Part shown: positions 1 to 10,123 of the stretch, one piece after another
How the letters are laid out: each line of letters begins with the position of its first letter
Numbering within the stretch: position 1 is the first letter of the stretch
Assembly: GCA_964463965.1 (NCBI GenBank)
Contig: CAYXED010000007.1
Coordinates: 4,661-68,660, forward strand
Reading direction: 5' to 3'
Origin: an uncultured Nitrospiraceae bacterium
GTDB lineage: Bacteria > Nitrospirota > Nitrospiria > Nitrospirales > UBA2166
DNA length: 64,000 nucleotides
Position numbers and translations under genes: made by a program
The notes under the pieces: model-generated
What the model was told of the DNA's origin: nothing
Database searches by the model: none
The model's input: the letters and a program-made list of their open reading frames with translations, nothing else

Positions 1-2906
1 GGAAAGATGCCGTATTTTCTGGACCAGCTGGTGGTGTGATCGCTGTAGCAGAGAATGCAAATACCTATCAAGATGAAGCTGTAATTGGATTTGATATGGG
101 AGGGACTTCAACTGATGTATCCCGTTATGCAGGGGCATTAGAGCAAGACCTTGAAGTAAACTTTAAAGGGTGGAATTTTTATGCTCCAATGCTTCGCATC
201 AAAACGGTTGCAGCTGGAGGAGGATCAATTCTTGCATTTGATAATTATAAACTTACTGTGGGGCCAGATTCTTCAGGCGCTAATCCTGGCCCAGCATGCT
301 ATGGGCATGATGGGCCTGCAGCATTGACTGATGCAAATTTACTTTTAGGTCGTATCCTCCCACGCTACCTGCCGTCTGTATTTGGTAGAGAACAGCGTTC
401 ACCTCTGAATGTTGAGGCTTCACGTGTGCAATTGAGGAAAATCTTATTAAAGGTGAATCAGGTTTTAAATCAATCGATGAGCGAGATTGATCTTGCTTTG
501 GGTTATGTTCGAATCGCAAATGAGGCCATGTGTCGTCCAATTAAAGAGCTTTCGATAACTCAAGGACATGATATTCGGAAACATGTATTGCTCTGTTTTG
601 GCGCTGCTGCAGGGCAACATGCGTGTGGAATAGCACGCATTCTTGGAATATCAAAAATTCGTATTCCTGAAAATTCTGGAGTTTTTTCTGCATATGGAAT
701 TGCAAAGGCATCGCTTCGACGTATATGTGTTGAAACTGTACCTTACCATGCAAATCGTGATGGTTTGCAGCATGCATATAAACGTGCCGTCTGTATTGCA
801 AAAGTTCTTAAAGAGGAAATTTGTGAGCAGCATGATTTGAGTGAATCTGTTACGAAAAATTTTGTACAAAATGTATTTCTTGATGTTCGTGTTTTTGGCA
901 CAGATCACGCAATAACAATTCCTTGGTATGAAAACCCACATGCGCTAAAAAGTGCATTTTTAATACAGTATCAGAATCGTTTTGGGTGTGAGCCTCCTAA
1001 TGGGAAACTTGAGCTTCTTCATCTTCGTGTTGAAGTTTATTTAGACGAACCCTCAGGTGATGCCAAGAGTTTTTTTGCTAATAAGGTCTTCAAACATTTC
1101 AAAGAGGTTGAGAAAACAACGGTATGGTTTGAGTCTTCGAGATCACATGAAGTGCCTGTCTATCACCGTAATTCGCTTGCTTCTGGCTTTGTTGTTTCTG
1201 GACCTGCAGTCATAGTAGAAAGTTACTCCACAACACTTGTTGAACCAGGGTTTGATGCGATGATTGGAGATGATGGGAGTCTTCTATTATCACTCCGTAC
1301 TCAAAAAGAAGAAAAGTTTTCTGGTGACTATGATCCAGTACTTCTTGAGGTTTTCAATCATAGGTTTATGGGTATCGCGGAGCAAATGGGAGATACACTT
1401 GTACGTACAGCAAACTCAATTACTATTAAGGAAAGACGAGATTTTTCATGTGCTATTTTTGATTCAGAAGGAGAGCTTGTTGCAAATGCCCCACATATTC
1501 CTGTCCATTTAGGAGCAATGGGTGAAACAGTACGACACCTTATTAAGAGCATGGACTTTGAAGAAGGGGATGTAGTAGCTAGCAATAATCCTCATATGGG
1601 AGGCTCTCATCTTCCAGACATTACACTTGTTTCTGCAGTATTTCGAAATAACACTCCACAGTTTTATCTTGCTTGCCGAGCACATCACGTTGATATTGGA
1701 GGGGTCGTTCCGGGTTCAATGCCACCCTTCTCAAGGCTTTTGGAGGAGGAAGGTATTGTTATTGATTCTCTTGTATGTGTGAAGAGATATGTTTTTCAAG
1801 AGAAGAGTGTTTTATCAATTTTAAACTCTCCTCCTTATCCTGCAAGAAACATTTCAGAAAGAGTTTCTGATTTTTGTGCGCAAATAGCATCTTTGCGAAA
1901 AGGTAATGAGGAGTTGTCTTCCCTTTGTAACGAATTTAAGACTGATATTGTAGAAGCGTATATGAGTTATATAAGAAAACATGCCGCTAGTGTGACAGGT
2001 GATACCCTCTGTCATCTATTAAATGGTGAAAAGAAAAGATACTTTAGTTTTGCTGATTACATGGATGATGGAACTATTATACGAGTAGGAATCTGTATCC
2101 AAAGAAACCCTTCAGGAGGCTTTGAAGCCGAGCTTGACTTCACTGGGACGAGTGAACAAGTTTCTGGAAACCTGAATGCACCTCCCGCAGTGACTCGTGC
2201 AGCAGTTTTATACGTTTTCAGAACCTTGCACAAGAAAACCATACCATTAAATGATGGATCTCTAGCACCAATTAGGATAAAAATTCCTGAAAAGAGCCTT
2301 CTTATGCCTGCTCCTAATGCAGCTGTTGTTGGAGGAAATGTTGAGACATCACAGCGTATTGTTGATGTTCTTTATGGAGCGTTGAACATTGCTGCAGCAT
2401 CACAAGGAACGATGAACAATATTCTTTTTGCCTCTCCTGATGGTACTGGAGCACAGTATTATGAAACTGTAGCAGGAGGCGCAGGGGCAATTGAGGGTTT
2501 TGATGGAGCTTCTGCAGTTCAAGTACACATGACTAATACTAGAATGACGGACATCGAAGTTATTGAAGAACGTTTTCCCTACATACGTATTGAAAAGTTT
2601 CAGATTAGAAAGAACTCAGGTGGGAAAGGAAAATGGCGAGGTGGAGATGGGGTTGTCAGGTCGTATCGTTTTCTTCAACCTACAGCTCTCACTGTGCTAA
2701 GTGAGCGACGTGTATGCAGGCCCTTTGGTCTCTGTGGGGGTGAGGCTGGAGCCTTAGGCAAAAACCTCATTTTTCGAGCAAATGGTATGACAGAAGATAT
2801 TGGTGGGAAAACTTATGTGGTGCTTGAAGCCAATGATGTTTTGGAGATTAGTACGCCAGGTGGTGGTGGATATGGAAAGGTTTTTCTGGACACGGAGTTT
2901 TTATAA
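1..2906 (+). CDS. Fused hydantoinase/5-oxoprolinase (HyuA-like N-half + HyuB-like C-half), 5' end off the window
   Basis: The frame stays open upstream of the listed ATG back to base 3 (KDAVFSGPAGGV...). GFDMGGTSTDVS is the hydantoinase A ATPase motif. The C-half from DPVLLEVFNHRFMGIAEQMG onward is hydantoinase B/oxoprolinase-like. Confidence 0.8.
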   Translation, partial: KDAVFSGPAGGVIAVAENANTYQDEAVIGFDMGGTSTDVSRYAGALEQDLEVNFKGWNFYAPMLRIKTVAAGGGSILAFDNYKLTVGPDSSGANPGPACYGHDGPAALTDANLLLGRILPRYLPSVFGREQRSPLNVEASRVQLRKILLKVNQVLNQSMSEIDLALGYVRIANEAMCRPIKELSITQGHDIRKHVLLCFGAAAGQHACGIARILGISKIRIPENSGVFSAYGIAKASLRRICVETVPYHANRDGLQHAYKRAVCIAKVLKEEICEQHDLSESVTKNFVQNVFLDVRVFGTDHAITIPWYENPHALKSAFLIQYQNRFGCEPPNGKLELLHLRVEVYLDEPSGDAKSFFANKVFKHFKEVEKTTVWFESSRSHEVPVYHRNSLASGFVVSGPAVIVESYSTTLVEPGFDAMIGDDGSLLLSLRTQKEEKFSGDYDPVLLEVFNHRFMGIAEQMGDTLVRTANSITIKERRDFSCAIFDSEGELVANAPHIPVHLGAMGETVRHLIKSMDFEEGDVVASNNPHMGGSHLPDITLVSAVFRNNTPQFYLACRAHHVDIGGVVPGSMPPFSRLLEEEGIVIDSLVCVKRYVFQEKSVLSILNSPPYPARNISERVSDFCAQIASLRKGNEELSSLCNEFKTDIVEAYMSYIRKHAASVTGDTLCHLLNGEKKRYFSFADYMDDGTIIRVGICIQRNPSGGFEAELDFTGTSEQVSGNLNAPPAVTRAAVLYVFRTLHKKTIPLNDGSLAPIRIKIPEKSLLMPAPNAAVVGGNVETSQRIVDVLYGALNIAAASQGTMNNILFASPDGTGAQYYETVAGGAGAIEGFDGASAVQVHMTNTRMTDIEVIEERFPYIRIEKFQIRKNSGGKGKWRGGDGVVRSYRFLQPTALTVLSERRVCRPFGLCGGEAGALGKNLIFRANGMTEDIGGKTYVVLEANDVLEISTPGGGGYGKVFLDTEFL

Positions 2907-2948
2907 ATAATTAAAATTGGCATGTGTGACGTTCTACATAGACCAACA

Positions 2949-3263
2949 TTATGGCTGATCTTTTTTAGTCGTAGAAGGTGAAGTTGTGCCATTGACCATA
3001 TGTCTTAACTCTTTTCCAACTTTGAAGAACGGGATTTTTTTAGGAGGTACTAGTACTGATTCTCCAGTTTTCGGGTTTCTCCCTTCTTTCATTTTTCGCG
3101 CTCGTAGCTTAAAACTTCCAAAGCCTCGTATTTCAATTTTATCTCCATGAGTCAGTGCCGCCCTCATAGAATCAAAAATTGTATTGACCACAACTTCAAG
3201 TTGCCGTTTTGTCAGTGATGGAATTTGGTTTGTGAGTTTAGCAATTAGTTCAGCTTTTGTCAT
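2949..3263 (-). CDS. ihfB: Integration host factor beta subunit (HU/IHF family)
   Basis: Start moved to ATG 3263 (MTKAELIAKL...) because the longer ORF overlaps sppA. It has the EIRGFGSF and FKVGKELR motifs. Its position downstream of rpsA matches E. coli ihfB. Confidence 0.8.
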   Translation of the reverse strand: MTKAELIAKLTNQIPSLTKRQLEVVVNTIFDSMRAALTHGDKIEIRGFGSFKLRARKMKEGRNPKTGESVLVPPKKIPFFKVGKELRHMVNGTTSPSTTKKDQP

Positions 3264-3357
3264 AGATAGTTTCTCCGAATTGACCCATGTAGCGGTAGGT
3301 TCTTTCCAGATTATTGCTGAAAAAAACCTGTAACGGGGTAAATATAGAAACCCTATA

Positions 3358-4263
3358 TCACAGAGTGAACTCAAACTTGAGGCTAAAATTATTTGGAACA
3401 GTGAACAATGATAAGATGCTTTTCAGTTGTGTTCTCAGCAAGTCTCTCACCGAAAAACGTGGTTCAATCTCAATAATCGACGGCTCACTTGAAATTCCTT
3501 CAAGGTCTGCAGCTAATTGAATTGCATCTTTAAGGGTCCCCAGGTGGTCAACTAAGTTTTGTTCTAATGCTTGTCGCCCAGTGAAGATTCGTCCATCGGC
3601 AAGAGTATGTATCTTCTCAATATCCATCCCGCGTCCATCGGCAACTGCATGAACAAATTGGTTATGAACATCATCCATTACATCTTGCAAGATTTTTCGA
3701 GAGGTATTGTCAAGAGGACGAAAGGGGGAAGCAAGGTCTTTGTGTAGCCCACTTTTTACAACGACACTTTCAACCCCTAATTTGGCAAGCAGCTCCTCAA
3801 CATTTGTCATTTCCATAATGACACCAATGCTTCCAGTAATAGTCCCAGGATTAGCAACAATTTGATTTGAGGCCGAAGCAATATAGTACCCTCCGGAGGC
3901 AGCCATGTTACCCATGGAAGTGACTATTGTTTTTTCTTCCTTATCACGAACTTCCTTTAATGCCGCATATATTTCTTGTGATGGAACAACTGCGCCGCCT
4001 GGACTGTCAATACGAACAACAATCGCTTGGACTGAAGGGTTCTCAGAAAAGAGTTCAATTTGGTCAATGATCTCATTTGGATCAAGGATCACACCTTCAA
4101 TGCGTATTAAAGCAATGCTGTTTTCGCTAGTAATAGGTATTGTTTCTACAAGTAGGGTAATTCCCAAGACTAGTACAAAAAACCCTATGATAACTAGGGC
4201 AAGAGTTCGAAAACCCCTGCCCAATGAAGAAGATTGATTGTATTCGTGATTAGAGTGTTCCAT
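3358..4263 (-). CDS. sppA: Signal peptide peptidase SppA, 36K type (S49)
   Basis: 301 aa with an N-terminal TM helix. SMGNMAASGGYYIA is the serine-nucleophile region, and GSIGV is present. Confidence 0.8.
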   Translation of the reverse strand: MEHSNHEYNQSSSLGRGFRTLALVIIGFFVLVLGITLLVETIPITSENSIALIRIEGVILDPNEIIDQIELFSENPSVQAIVVRIDSPGGAVVPSQEIYAALKEVRDKEEKTIVTSMGNMAASGGYYIASASNQIVANPGTITGSIGVIMEMTNVEELLAKLGVESVVVKSGLHKDLASPFRPLDNTSRKILQDVMDDVHNQFVHAVADGRGMDIEKIHTLADGRIFTGRQALEQNLVDHLGTLKDAIQLAADLEGISSEPSIIEIEPRFSVRDLLRTQLKSILSLFTVPNNFSLKFEFTL

Positions 4264-4268
4264 CAGTG

Positions 4269-5978
4269 TTAATCCGAGCTAGCCTCACTTGGTGAGTTGT
4301 CTGGCGAAGTAGCGGGGGGAGCTTCTGGAACCTCCTGAGTCTGGTTAAATGTTTCAATCTGCTCGCGTTCAAGGTCTTGGCGGTGTTCACGGATACTGAG
4401 TGCAATTTTCCGTTCTTCCGTATCGACTTTGATTAATTTTGCCTCAACAGTAGAGTTAATGACGAATTGATCTTCTATCTTAGTGGATCCATCGAGGTCA
4501 GCTTCACTGACATGTATGAGGCCTTCCACTCCGCCTTCAAGTTCTACGAAAATACCAAAATCGGTAACTTTTGTAATCAATCCTTTTGATGTCTGGCCTA
4601 CGTGGTAGTTTGTTGGAATAAACTCGTCCCATGGATTAGGGGCTAACTGTTTAAATCCTAAAGATAGCCTTTCCTTCTCTCGGTCAATTTTCAGGACCAC
4701 TGCCTCTGTTTTAGCCCCTTTTTTGAAAATTTCTGAAGGATGCTTTACATGTTTTGTCCATGACATGTCTGAGATATGGATAAGACCATCAATGCCTTCC
4801 TCTAGGCCGATGAAGGCACCAAAATCAGTAAGACTTTTGACTTTGCCTGAAATTGTGGTTCCCACTGCATACTTGTTTTCAATAAGGTCCCAAGGGTTTG
4901 GTTCTGTTTGTTTGAGGCCAAGTGATATTTTTCGTCCTCCTTGTTCAACGTGAAGAACTGTGATCTCAATTTGGGTACCAACGGAGAGCACTTTTGAGGG
5001 ATGCCTGATTTCTTGTGTCCAGGACATTTCGGATACGTGAACAAGGCCTTCAATTCCAGGCTCAAGTTCGACAAATGCTCCATAGTCAGCAAGACTTACG
5101 ACTTTCCCTTGGTGGCGACTTCCAATTGGATATTTCTCCGTCACATGAATCCATGGATCTGAGGAACGTTGTTTAAGGCCTAAAGACACCCGAGAGGTTT
5201 CGCGGTCATACTTTAGAACCATTACTTCAATTTTATCTCCAACAACACATACTTCAGCCGGATGAGTAACTCTGCCCCATGACATATCTGTAATATGCAA
5301 AAGACCGTCAATTCCGCCGAGGTCGATAAATGCGCCGTATGCTGTAATGTTTTTGACTGTACCTTCGATGATTTGCCCTTCAGTAAGAGAGGCAAGGGTA
5401 TGTTGTCTTTTAGTAGCACGAGCTTCTTCCAAGACAACTCGACGTGATACTACAATGCTGCCACGTTGGTGATTAAACTTGATGATTTTCATAGGGAAGG
5501 ATTTTCCAATGAGAGCCTCCAGGTCTCTTACCGGATGCAGGTTTACTTGAGAGCCTGGAAGAAAGGCTTTAACGCCAATATCAACCATCATCCCGCCTTT
5601 AATGCGAGAAATAATTCGACTTTCAATTAGGCGTTCCTCTTGATAGGCCTCTTCTAGTTCTTCCCAAACCTTCATTTTATCGGCTTTTTCCTTGGAAAGA
5701 ATTAGATTGCCCTCATGATCTTCTTTTTGCTCAATAAGCACGAGCATTCTATCGCCAACATTGAGGCTTTCGAGTTCCTGATCCGAAAGCTCTTTTATCG
5801 AAACTATCCCATCTGATTTATAACCAATATCGACGAGGATTTTATCTTTTCCAATGCTGACTACTTCGCCATCCATGACTGAACGCTCTTTAAAAGGACG
5901 AAAGGACTCTTCATATAATTCTGCTAAAGATAGTTCAGTGTCCGGTAAAGAGTCTGTTGTGGTTGCTTGTTGTTCCAT
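4269..5978 (-). CDS. rpsA: 30S ribosomal protein S1
   Basis: 569 aa with six tandem S1/OB repeats (recurring G.V..I..FGAF(V/I).L..G.(D/E)GL.H.S pattern). It lies adjacent to cmk. Confidence 0.95.
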   Translation of the reverse strand: MEQQATTTDSLPDTELSLAELYEESFRPFKERSVMDGEVVSIGKDKILVDIGYKSDGIVSIKELSDQELESLNVGDRMLVLIEQKEDHEGNLILSKEKADKMKVWEELEEAYQEERLIESRIISRIKGGMMVDIGVKAFLPGSQVNLHPVRDLEALIGKSFPMKIIKFNHQRGSIVVSRRVVLEEARATKRQHTLASLTEGQIIEGTVKNITAYGAFIDLGGIDGLLHITDMSWGRVTHPAEVCVVGDKIEVMVLKYDRETSRVSLGLKQRSSDPWIHVTEKYPIGSRHQGKVVSLADYGAFVELEPGIEGLVHVSEMSWTQEIRHPSKVLSVGTQIEITVLHVEQGGRKISLGLKQTEPNPWDLIENKYAVGTTISGKVKSLTDFGAFIGLEEGIDGLIHISDMSWTKHVKHPSEIFKKGAKTEAVVLKIDREKERLSLGFKQLAPNPWDEFIPTNYHVGQTSKGLITKVTDFGIFVELEGGVEGLIHVSEADLDGSTKIEDQFVINSTVEAKLIKVDTEERKIALSIREHRQDLEREQIETFNQTQEVPEAPPATSPDNSPSEASSD

Positions 5979-6012
5979 GGTTAAATCACTTGCTCCTAAA
6001 AAAGGTTGAAGG

Positions 6013-6744
6013 TTAGTAAGGCGCCGACGATTTTTCCTCTAGTGTTCCTGGAAACTGAGGATTGGCACGATGGCGTAGTTGGCTCTCTCTAATCAGTTCA
6101 AGTATGGTATCAATAACTTGGGATTCTGATAAGTTAGTTGTATCAATAATTGTTGCATCTGATGCTGCCTCTAATGGGGCAGCACTTCGTATTGTGTCGC
6201 GAGTATCTCGTTCTAGCAGGTCTGTTTGTATTTTTTCACATGAGATAGAAACTTGAGCTCTTTGCATTTCGTGAAACCTTCTCTGAGCCCTAATGGCTGG
6301 AGAAGCGGTAAGAAAAAGTTTGATGTCAGCATCGACAAACACGTGTGTTCCCATATCACGGCCTTCAGCAACTATGCCATTTTTTTCTCCGAAGCTGCGT
6401 TGTAAGGGGAGCAAGAATGCCCGCACGTTAGGATGAGGGGATATTTTTGAGGCTATTGTGCTTATGTGAGGAGTCCTCAATTCGTTAGTCAATAATTCCC
6501 CATCAACTTCAACCGTTTGACCTCCGTCGTTATTTGAGAGAAGAAACTTTGTTTTTTTACAAAGACTTAAAATAGCGTTTTCATCGTCTGGGTTTACCTG
6601 ATTCTTTGAAACGGTCCATGCGACTGCACGATAGAGTGCGCCGCTATTTAAGTATGCAAGCCCAAGATGGTTGGCAAGAGTTTGGGCTACAGTGCTTTTT
6701 CCTGCCCCGGCTGGGCCATCAATAGTTATAGTTAGGCGTTGCAT
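6013..6744 (-). CDS. cmk: Cytidylate kinase
   Basis: P-loop GPAGAGKST. Length and the aroA-cmk-rpsA context fit cmk. Confidence 0.9.
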   Translation of the reverse strand: MQRLTITIDGPAGAGKSTVAQTLANHLGLAYLNSGALYRAVAWTVSKNQVNPDDENAILSLCKKTKFLLSNNDGGQTVEVDGELLTNELRTPHISTIASKISPHPNVRAFLLPLQRSFGEKNGIVAEGRDMGTHVFVDADIKLFLTASPAIRAQRRFHEMQRAQVSISCEKIQTDLLERDTRDTIRSAAPLEAASDATIIDTTNLSESQVIDTILELIRESQLRHRANPQFPGTLEEKSSAPY

Positions 6745-8048
6745 ATCGTCTCAATTTTACATGAAGGCGCAATGCTTTGAAGTTTATCTATAAATGTTGG
6801 AAAAGATGTTTGGATGCAATCAATGTTTGTGACTATAGTAGTTTGTGAGGCATGCAGTCCAGCGATGGCCATGGACATAGCAATTCGATGGTCTCCATAG
6901 CTAGGACATTCTGCTCCTTGAAGGCTGGAGGTGCCTTGAAGGATTAGACCATCTGGCTGTTCATCAACCTCTACTCCAAGACGCATAAGCACTTCTGTCA
7001 TTGTAGCAATTCTATCACTCTCCTTGACGCGGAGTTCTTTCATTCCGCTGATTCGAGTTTTTCCTTTTGCAAATGAGGCGGCAACACATAAGATGGGAAA
7101 CTCATCAATTGCACGCAACATATCATTCGGGTCAACATCAATGCCAGTGAGCGTTGAGGATTTAACGTTTAGATCCCCTGTTAATTCCCCCGAGGTTTCA
7201 TGAACATTTGACGTTTGTATCGAAGCCCCCATTTTACAGAGTATTTCTAGGAGACCAACTCTGGTTGTATTTAGTCCGACGTTACGTATTGTAAGATTTG
7301 ATCCTGGAAGTATCAGTGCTGCTACAAGGAAGAAGGCAGCTGAAGAAAAGTCTCCTGGAACTTTTACATCATGTGAGGTTAAGGTAGACGGTTCGAGAGA
7401 AACTGTTGTAGGGTCTTTTCGAGTAAGGCGGCCACCAAAATATTTTAATAGTTTTTCCGTGTGATCACGAGAGGAGGCAGGCTCATGAAATGTTGTTGTG
7501 CCTTTAGCAAGTAGTCCTGCAATGAGGATCCCAGACTTTACTTGTGCGCTTGAAATTGAAGAGTCATATGAGATTCCTTGCAAGGGAGAGCCTTGAATTG
7601 CAAGTGGAGACAAAGCCCCTTTATTTCGACCGCCTATGGTTGCTCCCATTTGGCGTAATGGATTGACTATTCGACCCATCGGGCGGTTTCGTAGTGAGGT
7701 ATCTCCTGTTAAGATTGAAAAGAAACTTTGTCCAGAGAGTAGTCCTGCAAGTAATCGCATACTGGTTCCAGAGTTGCCGCAGTCAATAATTTGTTGAGGT
7801 TCAGAAAACCCCCATAGGCCTTTCCCAAGTATGCGTAATTCAGATTGAGTAATTTCAATCGGTATTCCAAGTGCTTGAATAGCACGAATTGTATGTAAGC
7901 AGTCTTCTCCGTCACAGTAATCACGAATTATAGAGGTCCCCTCAGCCATCGCGCCAAAAATAACCGCCCGATGGGTAACCGATTTGTCTCCGGGGATTGA
8001 AATTTCTCCGCTTACTGGACCCGAAGGCGTAATAGTAAGTTGCGTCAT
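6732..8048 (-). CDS. aroA: 3-phosphoshikimate 1-carboxyvinyltransferase (EPSP synthase)
   Basis: 438 aa with CGNSGTSMRLLAG and RVKESDR motifs. It overlaps cmk by 13 nt. Confidence 0.95.
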   Translation of the reverse strand: MTQLTITPSGPVSGEISIPGDKSVTHRAVIFGAMAEGTSIIRDYCDGEDCLHTIRAIQALGIPIEITQSELRILGKGLWGFSEPQQIIDCGNSGTSMRLLAGLLSGQSFFSILTGDTSLRNRPMGRIVNPLRQMGATIGGRNKGALSPLAIQGSPLQGISYDSSISSAQVKSGILIAGLLAKGTTTFHEPASSRDHTEKLLKYFGGRLTRKDPTTVSLEPSTLTSHDVKVPGDFSSAAFFLVAALILPGSNLTIRNVGLNTTRVGLLEILCKMGASIQTSNVHETSGELTGDLNVKSSTLTGIDVDPNDMLRAIDEFPILCVAASFAKGKTRISGMKELRVKESDRIATMTEVLMRLGVEVDEQPDGLILQGTSSLQGAECPSYGDHRIAMSMAIAGLHASQTTIVTNIDCIQTSFPTFIDKLQSIAPSCKIETICNA

Positions 8049-8920
8049 CAGTGTAATTGCTCCCGAGTTTTTTTGGCTTTTGCAAAGGTATCTTGAAGGG
8101 CATGTTTATCTTTCTGCTGAAGGAGCGTGATTAATGTGTCTAGTTCATCTTGAAATTTTTTTAGCATTGGAAGCATATTTTCGGCATTATGGAGACAAAT
8201 TTCGCTCCATAGGGATGGCGCGCTTGAGGCAATTCTAGTCATGTCTTTTAAGCTTGATGGGGCGTAAGCATATGGATCTACGCTTGGGAAGAGGGTCTCT
8301 TTAATACGCGTAATAGTATTGAGCATTGTATATGAGACCACATGTGGAAAATGACTTACGGCACCGAAAATCATGTCATGTAAAAATGGGTCCATCGTTG
8401 TTACTTTTGCGCCAATTAATTCCCAAAATTGATGAACCGTATTAAGGGCGTTGGTGCTTGTGTTTTGAGTTGGTGTCAAAATGCAGTGTTTGCCCATAAA
8501 AAGATCTGCACGGCTTGCCAGGGCGCTTGATTTTTCGCTTCCGGCAATTGGGTGTGCTCCAACAAAATGGATATTTGGTGCCACGATGGCATCAATGTTT
8601 TTTACGAGTTGTCCCTTTACGCTTCCTACGTCACTGAGGATTGTATTCTTGGAGGCATAGTTAACAGTTGACGTAACAATTTCTTCAAGGGTTTGAACAG
8701 GAGAAGCAAGAATTATCAAGGATGAGTCTTGAATCGCGTGGCTTAATATAGGTTCCTTTTCATCTATTGCGCCTATTTCTGTCGCATGATTGAGCGCCTT
8801 GATGTCTATGTCTGTTCCGATAACTTTGGAAACAAGGCCTGCTTGTTTGATTGCGAGGCCTATCGAGGCTCCAATTAGACCAGTGCCTACAATTGAAATT
8901 TTTTTAAAATCAGTTTTCAT
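8048..8920 (-). CDS. tyrA: Prephenate/arogenate dehydrogenase
   Basis: 290 aa with an N-terminal Rossmann motif ISIVGTGLIGASIG. It sits between hisC and aroA and overlaps the aroA start by 1 nt. Confidence 0.85.
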   Translation of the reverse strand: MKTDFKKISIVGTGLIGASIGLAIKQAGLVSKVIGTDIDIKALNHATEIGAIDEKEPILSHAIQDSSLIILASPVQTLEEIVTSTVNYASKNTILSDVGSVKGQLVKNIDAIVAPNIHFVGAHPIAGSEKSSALASRADLFMGKHCILTPTQNTSTNALNTVHQFWELIGAKVTTMDPFLHDMIFGAVSHFPHVVSYTMLNTITRIKETLFPSVDPYAYAPSSLKDMTRIASSAPSLWSEICLHNAENMLPMLKKFQDELDTLITLLQQKDKHALQDTFAKAKKTREQLH

Positions 8921-8966
8921 AGGCTCGCAAGATAAGTAGAGGCTGGTTTATATGCATAATTCTCAG

Positions 8967-10076
8967 CTATTTTATTCCGTTTGTATGAACAGGGGAGGGG
9001 TTTTGTATGATGGTGCGTAACGCGAGAATAAATTTTTCATTTTCTTCTGGGAGGCCGATTGTCACACGTAACATTGAGCCATCAATATGCCGTACTATAA
9101 CCCCAAAACGTAAAAGTGCTTCAAAAACTGTTTTCCCATTTTTCTTAGTATCAAAGTATATAAAGTTTGCTTCCGAAGGGATAAAGGGAAGGCTGAGTTC
9201 ATCAAAGGTTTTATACAAAAGCAACTTTCCACGCTGATTGTTGTCGTTACTCGCGTTTATATGATCAATGTCGTTGAGTGCAGCCAGGGCGGCATTTTGG
9301 GCCAATGTGTTTGTGTTGAAAGGCATTCTTACTTTATTCATTGCATCAGCAAGGTTTGATGGGGCAATTGCATATCCAATTCTAAGTCCGGCTAACCCGT
9401 AAATTTTAGAGAACGTACGAAGCACAATGAGTGAATGGCCTTTGGTTTGGAGTGTAATGCTGTCCGGATAGTTTGGGTCTGTTACGTATTCAGCATACGC
9501 TTCATCAAGGACTACAAGAATGTGTTTAGGGATTTTATGTAAAAGCGAGCAAAGTTGTTTGGTATTTACAATAGTACCCGTGGGGTTATTCGGATTACAG
9601 ATGAACAGCACTTTAGTGCGTGGAGTAATAGCCTTGTGCATAGCGGAGAGGTCGTATGCATAATTTGTAAGAGGGAGAGATATGATGTTTCCTAGGCCAG
9701 CTCTTACAGCTTTGTCGTAGATTGAGAAGGAAGGTGTTGCAGTTATAGCGTCATCTCCGGGTGAGATTGAGACTTTTACGAGAAGTGAAATAAGCTCATC
9801 AGAGCCGTTGCCTAGGATGACTTGGCCAATTTCTACTTTATATTTTTGGGCAAGAGCCTTCCTCAAGGCATTTCCTGTGCCATCAGGATACCTGTTGAGT
9901 GAATCTTTCATGTTCTGCATTGTTGCTAGGGCCGAGGGAGAAGGTCCAAGTGCATTTTCGTTTGACGCAAGCTTTGTGGCTGGAACGATGCCAAACTCTC
10001 TCTCAACGTCTTCAGCTAATCTCCCTGGAACGTAGGGGTTGATTGCCGTGATTGCTGGGTGGATGTTAATGCTCAT
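8967..10076 (-). CDS. hisC: Histidinol-phosphate/aromatic aminotransferase (class II)
   Basis: 369 aa with the PLP-lysine block RTFSKIYGLAGLRIGY. Its location between pheA and tyrA suggests an aromatic aminotransferase role. Confidence 0.85.
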   Translation of the reverse strand: MSINIHPAITAINPYVPGRLAEDVEREFGIVPATKLASNENALGPSPSALATMQNMKDSLNRYPDGTGNALRKALAQKYKVEIGQVILGNGSDELISLLVKVSISPGDDAITATPSFSIYDKAVRAGLGNIISLPLTNYAYDLSAMHKAITPRTKVLFICNPNNPTGTIVNTKQLCSLLHKIPKHILVVLDEAYAEYVTDPNYPDSITLQTKGHSLIVLRTFSKIYGLAGLRIGYAIAPSNLADAMNKVRMPFNTNTLAQNAALAALNDIDHINASNDNNQRGKLLLYKTFDELSLPFIPSEANFIYFDTKKNGKTVFEALLRFGVIVRHIDGSMLRVTIGLPEENEKFILALRTIIQNPSPVHTNGIK

Positions 10077-10123
10077 ACGAATCCTAAACGGTTTATTTTG
10101 TTAAGAATATTTTTGTAGAATAA